Assembly: GCA_045106415.1 (NCBI GenBank)
Contig: JBGCEP010000080.1
Span: 1-20,136, forward strand
Length of the DNA: 20,136 nt
DNA from: Oligoflexales bacterium
GTDB taxonomy: Bacteria > Bdellovibrionota_B > Oligoflexia > Oligoflexales > Bog-1112
Reading direction: 5' to 3'
Shown here: piece by piece, positions 1 to 7,997 of the stretch
Layout: every line of letters starts with the position of its first letter
How positions within the stretch are numbered: the stretch's first letter is position 1
Translations under genes and position numbers: made by a program
Notes under the pieces: generated by a model
Databases searched by the model: none
The model's input: only the letters and a program-made list of their open reading frames with translations
Told to the model about the DNA's origin: nothing

Positions 1-703
1 TGTGATCGTGATGTGAAAAACGCTGATCGTAAACACGTCCGGGTATTTCAGGCATATGCCTACTGTGAGGTATGAATGAAGTGAGAGCAGTAGATTCATT
101 TTCAAGAAGATTCAGCCACTCACTGTGTGCTTCTTCACTATCTACGAGTAGGCTAATGTCATGCTCAGGAATGTATTGCAGTGTTGTGTTTAAAACATAC
201 GCTCGAGTTAAGTTCTGTAAAGTGATTTCAACAAGAGTTTGAGCTGCTTTGTCATAGACTGAGGTGTTTTTGCGTTTAGAATTATTCGTGCCATTCAGTG
301 GGGCATGAAAAGGCATCATCTCATTTTCTATATTGGTTGATATTTGATTCAAAATGACATTAGCATCTTCTATAGAGAAGTTTTCGGGTCCGACGTTACT
401 TATGATTTTTTGAGATGATGTGAGAACTTTTTGAAATAACCCAAATTGCCAAGGAGTAGGATGAAAACACCCTTCTTTTTCAGACCATAAACTTAAATTG
501 TTTTTGCGATAGGATGATTCGCTGAAAATATATTGAGTGTGCTCAGACGCGTTTTTTTTAGTTTGTCGATAAGTGAGTAATTCTTGGGGATTTAAAAAGC
601 TGAGAAAAGAGTGAGTCACATCGGTAGGTAAAGACTGCAGGTTTGCGGAAGCCCCCAAATTGCAAAAGAAAAAAGATGTAAGGGTCAAGTATAACGTTTT
701 CAT
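1..703 (-). CDS. Secreted hypothetical protein with N-terminal F-box-like motif (runs off the left window edge; absent from the ORF track)
   Basis: Hand translation from ATG at 703-701 gives 234 codons with no stop: MKTLYLTLTSFFFCNLGASA|NLQSLPTDVTHSFLSFLNPQELLTYRQTKK... AGGA lies upstream. Sec-like signal with ASA cleavage motif; F-box-like pattern at codons 22-50 (nt 640-554). Confidence 0.8.
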   Translation of the reverse strand, partial: MKTLYLTLTSFFFCNLGASANLQSLPTDVTHSFLSFLNPQELLTYRQTKKNASEHTQYIFSESSYRKNNLSLWSEKEGCFHPTPWQFGLFQKVLTSSQKIISNVGPENFSIEDANVILNQISTNIENEMMPFHAPLNGTNNSKRKNTSVYDKAAQTLVEITLQNLTRAYVLNTTLQYIPEHDISLLVDSEEAHSEWLNLLENESTALTSFIPHSRHMPEIPGRVYDQRFSHHDH

Positions 704-808
704 ATTAGAGTTCCTATGCATAAAACTTTGTAGTTTTGTACTTATGTTTATGTCTTATAGCAAGATGTTTTGTTCAATGTGTTGATCTTAATCATTTTGT
801 TTCTCTAC

Positions 809-817
809 TGGTATGAT
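809..817 (+). promoter_or_regulatory. Putative extended -10 promoter (TGgTATGAT) for the PAN-domain gene
   Basis: TG-n-TATGAT at 809-817, about 38 nt upstream of ATG 855; GAAGG SD-like sequence at 842-846. Overlaps the right arm of an imperfect inverted repeat TTGATCT-ta-ATCAT (782-795) / ATGAT-AGATCAA (813-824). Confidence 0.4.
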
Positions 818-854
818 AGATCAATAATGAGCTGATGCACTGAAGGTAAGTGAT

Positions 855-1319
855 ATGATGAAAACCGTTGTTTTTATAGTTGTTTTTTTGTCTCAGGAAG
901 TTTTTTCGAAAAACTTAAACGTTGATGTCGGTTGTGATCTTATTGGTGATCATTTGAAAACTTTAAAGAAAGATCTTTCCAAAGAAACCTGCCAACAGTT
1001 GTGTGCTTCTCACCGCCTATGTGACGGCTTTGTTTTTGTAAGTGGATGGAATCGTTGTTTTTTAAAGAAAAATATTCAGCGTCAAGTGAGGGTTAGGATG
1101 ATATCTGGGAGGAAAAATCAAAAAGGTCGTGAGAACTTTGATTTTTCAGGGAAAGATATAAAACAGTTATCAGCTTCAACGGTGAAAAAATGTAGAAATA
1201 TGTGCCGTCATGAGGTGCTTTGTCATGGTTTTACTTATATTGAAGGATATTCGACGTGCTGGATTAAAAGAGAAGGAGATTTGCGACAAAAAGTCTTTTA
1301 CTGTGGAGTTAAGCGGTGA
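855..1319 (+). CDS. Secreted protein with two tandem PAN/Apple domains
   Basis: Signal-like N-terminus MMKTVVFIVVFLSQEVFS. Two repeats of D-x-x-G-x(0-1)-D ... CxxxC-x5-CxGF-x8-C-x-[LI]K: CQQLCASHRLCDGFVFVSGWNRCFLK and CRNMCRHEVLCHGFTYIEGYSTCWIK. Confidence 0.8.
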   Translation: MMKTVVFIVVFLSQEVFSKNLNVDVGCDLIGDHLKTLKKDLSKETCQQLCASHRLCDGFVFVSGWNRCFLKKNIQRQVRVRMISGRKNQKGRENFDFSGKDIKQLSASTVKKCRNMCRHEVLCHGFTYIEGYSTCWIKREGDLRQKVFYCGVKR

Positions 1320-1535
1320 GGTTTTGCCATTTTTTAAGGTCTGTTAACTATTTCTGAATAAGCTCTTGAAAATAAAAAAATATTGACAATTGGTTTTGCG
1401 AAGTATGGCCAAAAGGACTTTCTTTGCAATGATTTATGCATCACGGATGAGCTGTCATCGAAGCTGTACTCCATAGAAAGTTAAGGCTGACAGTACCATA
1501 CGAAAAACCTAATGATTTCTGTTGCCAACAAGGAT

Positions 1536-2461
1536 GGCGTTGTTGCATAAATCGTTGTAGAAATTAGGGAGGTAGCCTTCTAGAATTTGGTTCGACAAAA
1601 AACTAAAATTTGAGGGGGCTTATTTTGAAGCAGCCTTATCGTGTCAAAAATTGGAAGCAATATCATCAATCTTTGATCAACCCGGGAAATATTACAGTCT
1701 GGTTTGATGAGAAAATCTTGTCTCAATGGGTTTCTTCCGAGTGTTCTCCAAAAAGAAGGCAGCCACTTTTATATAGCAATCATGCCATTGAACTTGGATT
1801 CATTTTAAAGAGCATTTACTACCTACTTCTTCGCCAGCGACAAGGTTTTATAGAAGGTTTGTTTTACCTTCTTAATATAGAGCTTCAAGTTTCAAATGAT
1901 TCGACTTTTTCAAGGCGTGCGAAGGATGTTGATGTTGCTTTAGAACATATTGATCTAGAAAAACCTATTCATCACTATGACGGAGTCTAATGTTCATGAC
2001 AGTTTAGAAACTGACAACCTTACCCAGAACACATCAAGTGAAATTGAGACTGTAACAGGGGATAAGGCTTACGATAACAGCATGCCTTTGATGCAATTGC
2101 ATGGGTTAAAGCCTGGTCTCGCACTCCTCCTCGTAGTGGGGCTGCACTCACAAAAAATAATATGGGACAGATGCTTCGTAATAATATCAGAAACGTCTGG
2201 AACCTTGGGTGAAAACAATGGAAAAAAGAAGTTGGGTATCATGATCGAAGTTTAGTTGGACATATATTCTTTCATTACAAAATCATATTAGGCCACAAAA
2301 CTGCGGGCTAGAAATTTTAGCAATCAATGTACGGAACTTAGGATTGGAGCGCAAATTCTGAATCGAATGACCCATTTAGGTATGCTAAAATCGCAAATAG
2401 CGTGAATAACCTCACTACATTGATGGAATTTAGTTCTCGAATTGATTTATGCAGCAACGTC
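1536..2461 (+). mobile_element. Degenerate IS5-family (IS903 group) insertion sequence, 926 bp
   Basis: 18-bp terminal inverted repeats GGCGTTGTTGCATAAATC (1536-1553) and GATTTATGCAGCAACGTC (2444-2461), 2 mismatches. The left end matches the IS903 end GGCTTTGTTGAATAAATC at 16/18. Encloses transposase remnants. No 9-bp target duplication (AACAAGGAT vs GATTGGTGC). Confidence 0.9.
1625..2405 (+). pseudogene. IS903-type DDE transposase pseudogene (internal deletion, frameshifts, stop)
   Basis: IS903-like blocks spread over several frames: YRVKNWKQYHQSLINPGNITVWF, LRQRQGF, STFSRR, TGDKAYD, PPRSGA, WKKEVGYHDRS, and LRARNFSNQ...ILNRMTHLGM ending TGA 2403-2405. The DSTG...GEW...WRKLHL block is missing near 1970. 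Confidence 0.9.
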
Positions 2462-2790
2462 GATTGGTGCGTCTAAACCCCACAAAAGATGGAATGTTTC
2501 TTATTTTGGTGAGAGCTTATCACCGATGACGTTAATCTTTTACTTACATATCTGTCGATTAAGAAAATTTTTAAATGAGCTCAATTGGCATAAAATATGA
2601 GATTAATGATATCTATCGCAATGATGAAAAAAAGTGGTTTAAAACTTGGATTCAAGCCCACTATCAAGGCCGTCTTAGGAAAATGGAAGAAAATTACAAA
2701 AATGCTACTTTGGACTGATCAAAGTCGGTTCAATACTGTTTGGAGATAGCATACTAAATATGCCAGAAAATAACACTGATCAATGCTATC

Positions 2791-2796
2791 TATAAT
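2791..2796 (+). promoter_or_regulatory. Possible -10 element (TATAAT) upstream of the sufS leader
   Basis: Perfect TATAAT at the point where AT-rich DNA changes to a GC-richer leader; no convincing -35. Confidence 0.3.
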
Positions 2797-2815
2797 TGTG
2801 CACGCTTAGTTGGAA

Positions 2816-2939
2816 CTTGGGGGCCATGCCTGCAAGGGCTCGGCTTATCAATGCGCGGATTTCTTTTGTGAAGCATGGACATAGAGCCGCCTATTGCAGC
2901 AAGCTCACAGCACTGTTAAGATCCGGTCGTCGCTCCAAG
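2816..2939 (+). ncRNA. Candidate structured RNA / 5' leader of sufS (unclassified)
   Basis: Nested complementary segments: CTTGGGG 2816-2822 / CTCCAAG 2933-2939; TGC(C)TGCAA 2827-2835 / TTGCAGCA 2894-2901; GGCTTAT 2842-2848 / ATA(G)AGCC 2881-2888; ATGC 2851-2854 / GCAT 2873-2876. No known riboswitch motif recognised. Confidence 0.3.
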
Positions 2940-2951
2940 AAAGGAATAACG

Positions 2952-4196
2952 ATGGACACTCAGCATATAAATAGCTCTTTAGCTACGAAGACTTTAAAGC
3001 GTACAGACTTTCCAACACTCCAAGTGGAACATGCTCCAGCATTTTTAGATTCAGCTGCTTCAAGTTTAAAACCTCAAGTAGTTATAGACCGCATGCAGCA
3101 ATACTATAGCTATGAACACGCGAATGTTCATAGAGGTGTTTATGCATTAAGTGAGCTTGCGACAGCTTCTTTTGAAAGTGCTCGTAAAATACTTGCTCAA
3201 TTTGTTGGTGATGTTCCAGCTCATGAAGTTATTTTTACAAGAGGGACGACCGATAGTCTTAATCTTCTCGCGAACTGTCTTAGTCAACACCATATTCAAG
3301 CTGGCGATGAAATCGTTTTAACCGTAAGTGAGCATCATTCTAATATTGTGCCGTGGCAAATTATTGCTGAACGCACTGGTGCTGTCCTTCGTTATATTCC
3401 ATTAAACGAAGATTTAACCTTAAATATGACAGTCGCTGAAGAAATGATCACATCGAAAACCAAGGTTGTGTCTTTTGCACATGCTTCGAATGTGCTCGGG
3501 AGTATTCATCCTGTCAAACGATTATGCCAACTTGCTAAACAACATCGTGCCATAACTATTGTAGATGGTGCTCAGGGTGTTCCTCACCTTCAAATCGATG
3601 TAAAAGAGCTTGGCTGTGATGCATATGTGTTCAGTGGCCATAAAATGCTTGGCCCTACAGGAATAGGAGTTCTCTGGGCCACCGAAGAACTGCTGAGTCG
3701 TCTGCCTCCATACCAAGGAGGTGGTGATATGATTGAATCAGTGACGCTACAAGGGTCGACCTGGAATAAACTGCCTTATAAGTTTGAAGCGGGAACCCCA
3801 CCCATTGCAGAAGCTATTGCTTTAGGTACAGCTGCTGAGGCTCTTATGGATTTTCATAAAAGCTCTCAAGAGGATAAAAGTCTTCAGCTTGCTCATGATC
3901 TTGTGAAATCTCTCCAAGATTTTAAAAATATTAAAGTTTATAAGCCTGAAGGTCCTTGGACAGGAGTGGTTTCTTTTACACATGACAAAGTTCATCCGCA
4001 CGATATGGCTGCTATTCAGGACTCTCATGGGGTTTGTGTGCGTGCTGGGCACCATTGTGCACAACCTTTGATGATGTACCTTGGAGTCAACGCCTTGGTC
4101 AGGGTCTCTCCCTATCTGTACAATAATAATGATGACACGCAGCGCTTTTTAAACGCACTAGAAGCTGCTGACGCAATGTTTAAAGATGCGACATGA
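2952..4196 (+). CDS. sufS: Cysteine desulfurase, group II (SufS/CsdA family)
   Basis: Motifs LDSAASSLKP, ANVHRG, EHHSNIVPWQ, SGHKMLGPTGIG (PLP Lys), FEAGTP and RAGHHCAQP (catalytic Cys). Start moved to ATG 2952 behind AAGGA; the track's 52-aa N-terminal extension is not SufS-like. Confidence 0.93.
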   Translation: MDTQHINSSLATKTLKRTDFPTLQVEHAPAFLDSAASSLKPQVVIDRMQQYYSYEHANVHRGVYALSELATASFESARKILAQFVGDVPAHEVIFTRGTTDSLNLLANCLSQHHIQAGDEIVLTVSEHHSNIVPWQIIAERTGAVLRYIPLNEDLTLNMTVAEEMITSKTKVVSFAHASNVLGSIHPVKRLCQLAKQHRAITIVDGAQGVPHLQIDVKELGCDAYVFSGHKMLGPTGIGVLWATEELLSRLPPYQGGGDMIESVTLQGSTWNKLPYKFEAGTPPIAEAIALGTAAEALMDFHKSSQEDKSLQLAHDLVKSLQDFKNIKVYKPEGPWTGVVSFTHDKVHPHDMAAIQDSHGVCVRAGHHCAQPLMMYLGVNALVRVSPYLYNNNDDTQRFLNALEAADAMFKDAT

Positions 4197-4208
4197 TTCG
4201 GAGCTGAT

Positions 4209-6272
4209 ATGACAGCACACAACCCATTACTTACAGCTTATGAGCTGCCTCCATTTCAAGAAATCCAACCAACGCATGTGGTTCCTGCGGTTGAAGAGAT
4301 GCTGAAACAGGCGCAATCTATGCTTCAGACTATTGAGAAATCTATTGGTGGTTCATGGGAGCAAACGATTCCTCCTATGGAAGAACTCGATGAGCTTTTT
4401 CATAAAGTATGTGGGCCTATTGGGCATTTGAACTCAGTTGCAAATTCAGATGAGCTGAGAGAAGCTTGGGAAATGGTAGAGCCTAAACTCATTGAGTTTG
4501 GTTTGATGGTGAGTCAGAATGAAACAATTTACCAAGCTATGAAAAAACTCAAAGAATCCGCAGAATGGAATACCTTTGATGAGGCTCAACAACGTATACT
4601 AACCTCTAGAATGCAGAGTGCTGAGAATGCTGGTATTTCTTTATCTGGAGAGAAAAGGTCGCGGTTTAATGAACTGTGCCAAGAAGAGTCAAAGCTTCAG
4701 ACGACATTTTCAAATCATGTTTTAGATTCGACAAAAAGTTTTGAGCTCGAACTTTCTTCTGAAGCTGATATTAAAGGTTTGCCAAAAAGCTACTTACAGC
4801 TGGCATCTCAAACCTATAATCAAAAATATTCTGAAAAAACAGCGTCAACTCCTGAAAAAGGACCATGGATAGTCACTCTTGATGCCCCTTCAGTGATGCC
4901 TTTTCTTGAATACTCTGAAAAACCTGAACTTAGAGAAAAACTCTACCGATCTTATATCACTCGCGCTTCACAAGATCCTTGGAATAATGAAGAAAATTGT
5001 GCAAGAATCCTTGAAATACGGCGAGAAAAAGCAAAGCTTCTTGGTCATGAAAGTTGGGCTCATATAAGCCTTAGCAGAAAAATGGCTGAAAATCCTGAAG
5101 CTGTTGAGCAGCTTCAGGAGGAATTACTTAAAGAAGCAAAACCTTTTGCTGATAAAGAAATGACAGAGTTGGAGACGCTTGCAAAAGCGCAGGGTCATGC
5201 CGATTTGAAGCACTGGGATATGGCTTGGTGGTCTCGAACCCTTAAAGAAAAGTCTTTTAACTTTTCAGAAGAAGAGTTAAAGCCTTATTTTCAACTTCCA
5301 AAAGTTTTAGATGGTCTTTTCTCTCTTGTAAAAACGCTTTTTAATATTGACGTTAAAGAAGCAGATGGAAAAGCTCAGACTTGGAATTCTGATGTTCGCT
5401 ATTTTGAAATTTTTGAAAATGGCCAACAAATTGCATCTTTTTTTCTAGATCCATACTCCCGACCTGAGAATAAAAGAGGTGGAGCTTGGATGAATGATTG
5501 TCGGAGCCGTCAAGTTCAAAAATGGAAAATTCTGACTCCTGTAGCTTACCTTGTGTGTAATTTCAGTCAGCCTGTCGGTGAAAAACCATCACTTCTTACT
5601 TTCCGTGAAGTTGAAACTCTCTTTCATGAATTTGGTCATGGCCTTCAGCATATGCTTACGCAAGCGCAATATGCAGATGTTATGGGAATCAACGGGATAG
5701 AGTGGGATGCTGTCGAACTTCCAAGTCAATTCATGGAAAATTGGTGCTATCATGAACCTACTCTGATGGGGCTTTCCTGTCATGTGGAAACAGGTGCACC
5801 TTTACCACATGAACTTTTTAAAAAAATTCAACAAGCTAGAACGTTCCGAGCAGCGAGCCAAATGCTTCGTCAATTGCAATTTGGTCTTATAGATATGGCT
5901 TTGCACCAGAATTGGGATCCTAAAAGTGGTGAAAGTATTTTTGATATGCAGTACCGTATTGCAGAAAAAACATCACTTCTTCCCCCTCTTAAAGAAGATC
6001 GATTTTTATGTTCTTTTGGACATATTTTTGCGGGTGGGTATGCAGCAGGGTATTACAGTTATAAATGGGCTGAAGTCTTAAGCGCAGATGCATTTTCTGC
6101 TTTTGAAGAGGCTGGGCTTGAAAAAGAAGAAGATATTCGTGCTGTCGGTCAAAAGTTTAAAAATACTGTTTTAGCTAAAGGTGGCAGTGAACACCCTTCA
6201 AAAGTCTTTAAAGAATTTAGAGGTCGAGCACCCTCAACAGATGCTCTTCTAAGGCACTCCGGACTTCGATAA
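4209..6272 (+). CDS. prlC: Oligopeptidase A (M3A zinc metallopeptidase)
   Basis: KRGGAWM, TLFHEFGHGLQH (HExxH), WDAVELPSQFMENW, HIFAGGYAAGYYSYKWAEVL and FRGR motifs; 687 aa; GGAG SD; 12 nt after the sufS stop. Confidence 0.95.
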   Translation: MTAHNPLLTAYELPPFQEIQPTHVVPAVEEMLKQAQSMLQTIEKSIGGSWEQTIPPMEELDELFHKVCGPIGHLNSVANSDELREAWEMVEPKLIEFGLMVSQNETIYQAMKKLKESAEWNTFDEAQQRILTSRMQSAENAGISLSGEKRSRFNELCQEESKLQTTFSNHVLDSTKSFELELSSEADIKGLPKSYLQLASQTYNQKYSEKTASTPEKGPWIVTLDAPSVMPFLEYSEKPELREKLYRSYITRASQDPWNNEENCARILEIRREKAKLLGHESWAHISLSRKMAENPEAVEQLQEELLKEAKPFADKEMTELETLAKAQGHADLKHWDMAWWSRTLKEKSFNFSEEELKPYFQLPKVLDGLFSLVKTLFNIDVKEADGKAQTWNSDVRYFEIFENGQQIASFFLDPYSRPENKRGGAWMNDCRSRQVQKWKILTPVAYLVCNFSQPVGEKPSLLTFREVETLFHEFGHGLQHMLTQAQYADVMGINGIEWDAVELPSQFMENWCYHEPTLMGLSCHVETGAPLPHELFKKIQQARTFRAASQMLRQLQFGLIDMALHQNWDPKSGESIFDMQYRIAEKTSLLPPLKEDRFLCSFGHIFAGGYAAGYYSYKWAEVLSADAFSAFEEAGLEKEEDIRAVGQKFKNTVLAKGGSEHPSKVFKEFRGRAPSTDALLRHSGLR

Positions 6273-6315
6273 TGATAAGAGGCTTTAAAATATTTTTTTA
6301 AAGCCTCTTATCATT
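6271..6315. terminator. Perfect 20-bp inverted repeat after prlC; probable terminator, possibly bidirectional
   Basis: AATGATAAGAGGCTTTAAAA (6271-6290), loop TATTT, TTTTAAAGCCTCTTATCATT (6296-6315); lies between convergent genes. Confidence 0.7.
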
Positions 6316-6693
6316 TGGAGTTTACTTTTGAAGTGCTTAAACAATCTTTCTTTTCTATATAGTGCCGTTCTTTGCTCTTTTTCAATATGACAGGTTGCAC
6401 TGAAATTTTAAAACAACCTTTCTCCCAATCATTTTTAATCATACTCTGAACTCATTTACATATGGCATTAGATGATTTTATTTACGCGTTAAGATTTTTG
6501 AAAAGTTGATAAATCCACTTTTTAAACTAATATTTGATATCTATGGGTGTGTAAATAAAGCTTTGCCTTGCTATAAAAGCATCGCTTTGTGCATTGATGA
6601 ATGATGACTTTCTTATCTCAAAATAGTCAAAGACAAAGGAGTGGGATTTTTTACTTTTCTAGAGGAGAAAAAAATTAAATATCTAAATGACAA

Positions 6694-7551
6694 TTAATGA
6701 ATTTCAACCTGAGTAACTCTAGGTTTTTCTAGAGAAATGATAGTTGTTTTCGATAGAGATTTTGTTTTAAATCGACTTAGAATATCTTGCCTGCAATGGC
6801 CATGTGCTGTTGCGAATGTTCTGTGACCAGTGTGTCTTGCTTTTATATATGTATCCCACTCTGCTTGACTCCGAATTTCTCCAAAAACAATGACTTCAGG
6901 TTTGAGGCGTAAGGTTTGTTCAAAAAGTTGAGAAATTGTGACTGCTCCTTTGTTTTCGAGGTCAGGGAGTTTTTCTGATAAAGAAATCCAGTGTGGGTTG
7001 TCAAACCAGAGTTCTGGCAGGCTTTCTAGAATAAGAGTCCGCTTTAATGTCACAAATTCTTTTAAAATAGCGGCCAGAAAAGATGACTTGCCAGATCCGG
7101 TTGCTCCTATGACAAGGAAGTGATTTTTTTTTCGAAATGAAGATAGTATTTGTTTCCAAAAAATATCTGACATGGAAAAACTTGATAAATCTAGATCTGA
7201 AAACCTTTGTCTTCTTATACTGAAGATAGCCCCTCGGTCAGCAATTGGAGGAACAACAGCGTGCCAACGGAAGAGTCTGTCTTTTGATCTGTAAAGCCCT
7301 CCGTGGAAAGGTTGCCGATAGTCGAGTCGAGAGCCTTGTTGTTCTGCGAATTGGTAAAGTCCTAACACCATAGACTTGTTTGTTGTAAAAGGGTTGGCTC
7401 GAAGCTTTGTTTGTGTCGATGTTTCTAATCTTATGGGTTGTTTACCACAAACGAGAATTTCATTGAGATCAGGGTGATGCTGAAAATGATGCATAAAGAG
7501 GTGTAGCCAAGTCATAGTTGATGAGCTCCTTTGTTTGAACCAATCTTGCAT
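6694..7551 (-). CDS. Short CpaF/TadA/VirB11-family secretion ATPase homologue
   Basis: LNEILVCG, RLDYRQP, FSIRR, Walker A GATGSGKSS, altered Asp box ILESLPEL, LRLKPEVIVFGEIR (Walker B) and His box TGHRTFATAH. Confidence 0.8.
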   Translation of the reverse strand: MQDWFKQRSSSTMTWLHLFMHHFQHHPDLNEILVCGKQPIRLETSTQTKLRANPFTTNKSMVLGLYQFAEQQGSRLDYRQPFHGGLYRSKDRLFRWHAVVPPIADRGAIFSIRRQRFSDLDLSSFSMSDIFWKQILSSFRKKNHFLVIGATGSGKSSFLAAILKEFVTLKRTLILESLPELWFDNPHWISLSEKLPDLENKGAVTISQLFEQTLRLKPEVIVFGEIRSQAEWDTYIKARHTGHRTFATAHGHCRQDILSRFKTKSLSKTTIISLEKPRVTQVEIH

Positions 7552-7635
7552 AAAGTTTTCAATAGGGGCTGTGACATTTGAGAGTTCAGTGGCTCGGATG
7601 AGATATAATAAAAAGAGTCAACCTCTACGTGAAGG

Positions 7636-7962
7636 ATGAATATGCAATCTTTAGAGAGAAAAAAATTGACCCCAGCGCAAAATCATATTCTTCAAATCGT
7701 GATGAAAAATTCTCCAATACGTCCAGATGATCTTTTGGCTCACCCGGATGTTCATATTGGCAGGATTATGGTGCAAAGGCATTTGAAAAATCTCTGCCAG
7801 CTTGGTTTTCTTGAGAAAGAGGGACAGGTTCCAAGAGTTTTTTATTCGGCAGTCAAGGGCTCTTATTTAGAAAAGAAAAGTTTTTTTCACCGTTTGTTAA
7901 CAGCAGCTATGCAAGCCTCTCTTGTCACAAAACAAATTTATCAGAATACAAAATCTACTTAG
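7636..7962 (+). CDS. Small winged helix-turn-helix protein (putative regulator)
   Basis: LTPAQNHILQIV...IGRIMVQRHLKNLCQLGFLEKEGQVPRVFY matches a wHTH helix plus wing pattern; GAAGG just upstream; divergent from the ATPase gene. Confidence 0.65.
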   Translation: MNMQSLERKKLTPAQNHILQIVMKNSPIRPDDLLAHPDVHIGRIMVQRHLKNLCQLGFLEKEGQVPRVFYSAVKGSYLEKKSFFHRLLTAAMQASLVTKQIYQNTKST

Positions 7963-7997
7963 TCGATATTTGCTCTTTTGGATGGCGGGTATTTTAT

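Noticed and set aside
1431..1444. GATTTATGCATCAC, resembling a third copy of the IS end
   Set aside because: Only 10 bp match the inner part of the inverted repeat; the terminal bases are missing and no transposase remnant is evident beside it.
2816..2939. tmRNA, tRNA, TPP or cobalamin riboswitch identity for the sufS leader (GGGGGCC start, CTCCA end)
   Set aside because: No T-loop GTTCRA, no CTGAGA, no B12 box, and too short for tmRNA; kept only as an unclassified structure.
2796..2951. 52-aa N-terminal extension of SufS in the ORF track
   Set aside because: No SD at the TTG, not SufS-like, and a good SD precedes ATG 2952.
6284..6442. 52-codon minus-strand ORF MIKNDWEKGCFK...
   Set aside because: No clear SD or motif, and it runs through the hairpin; likely chance.
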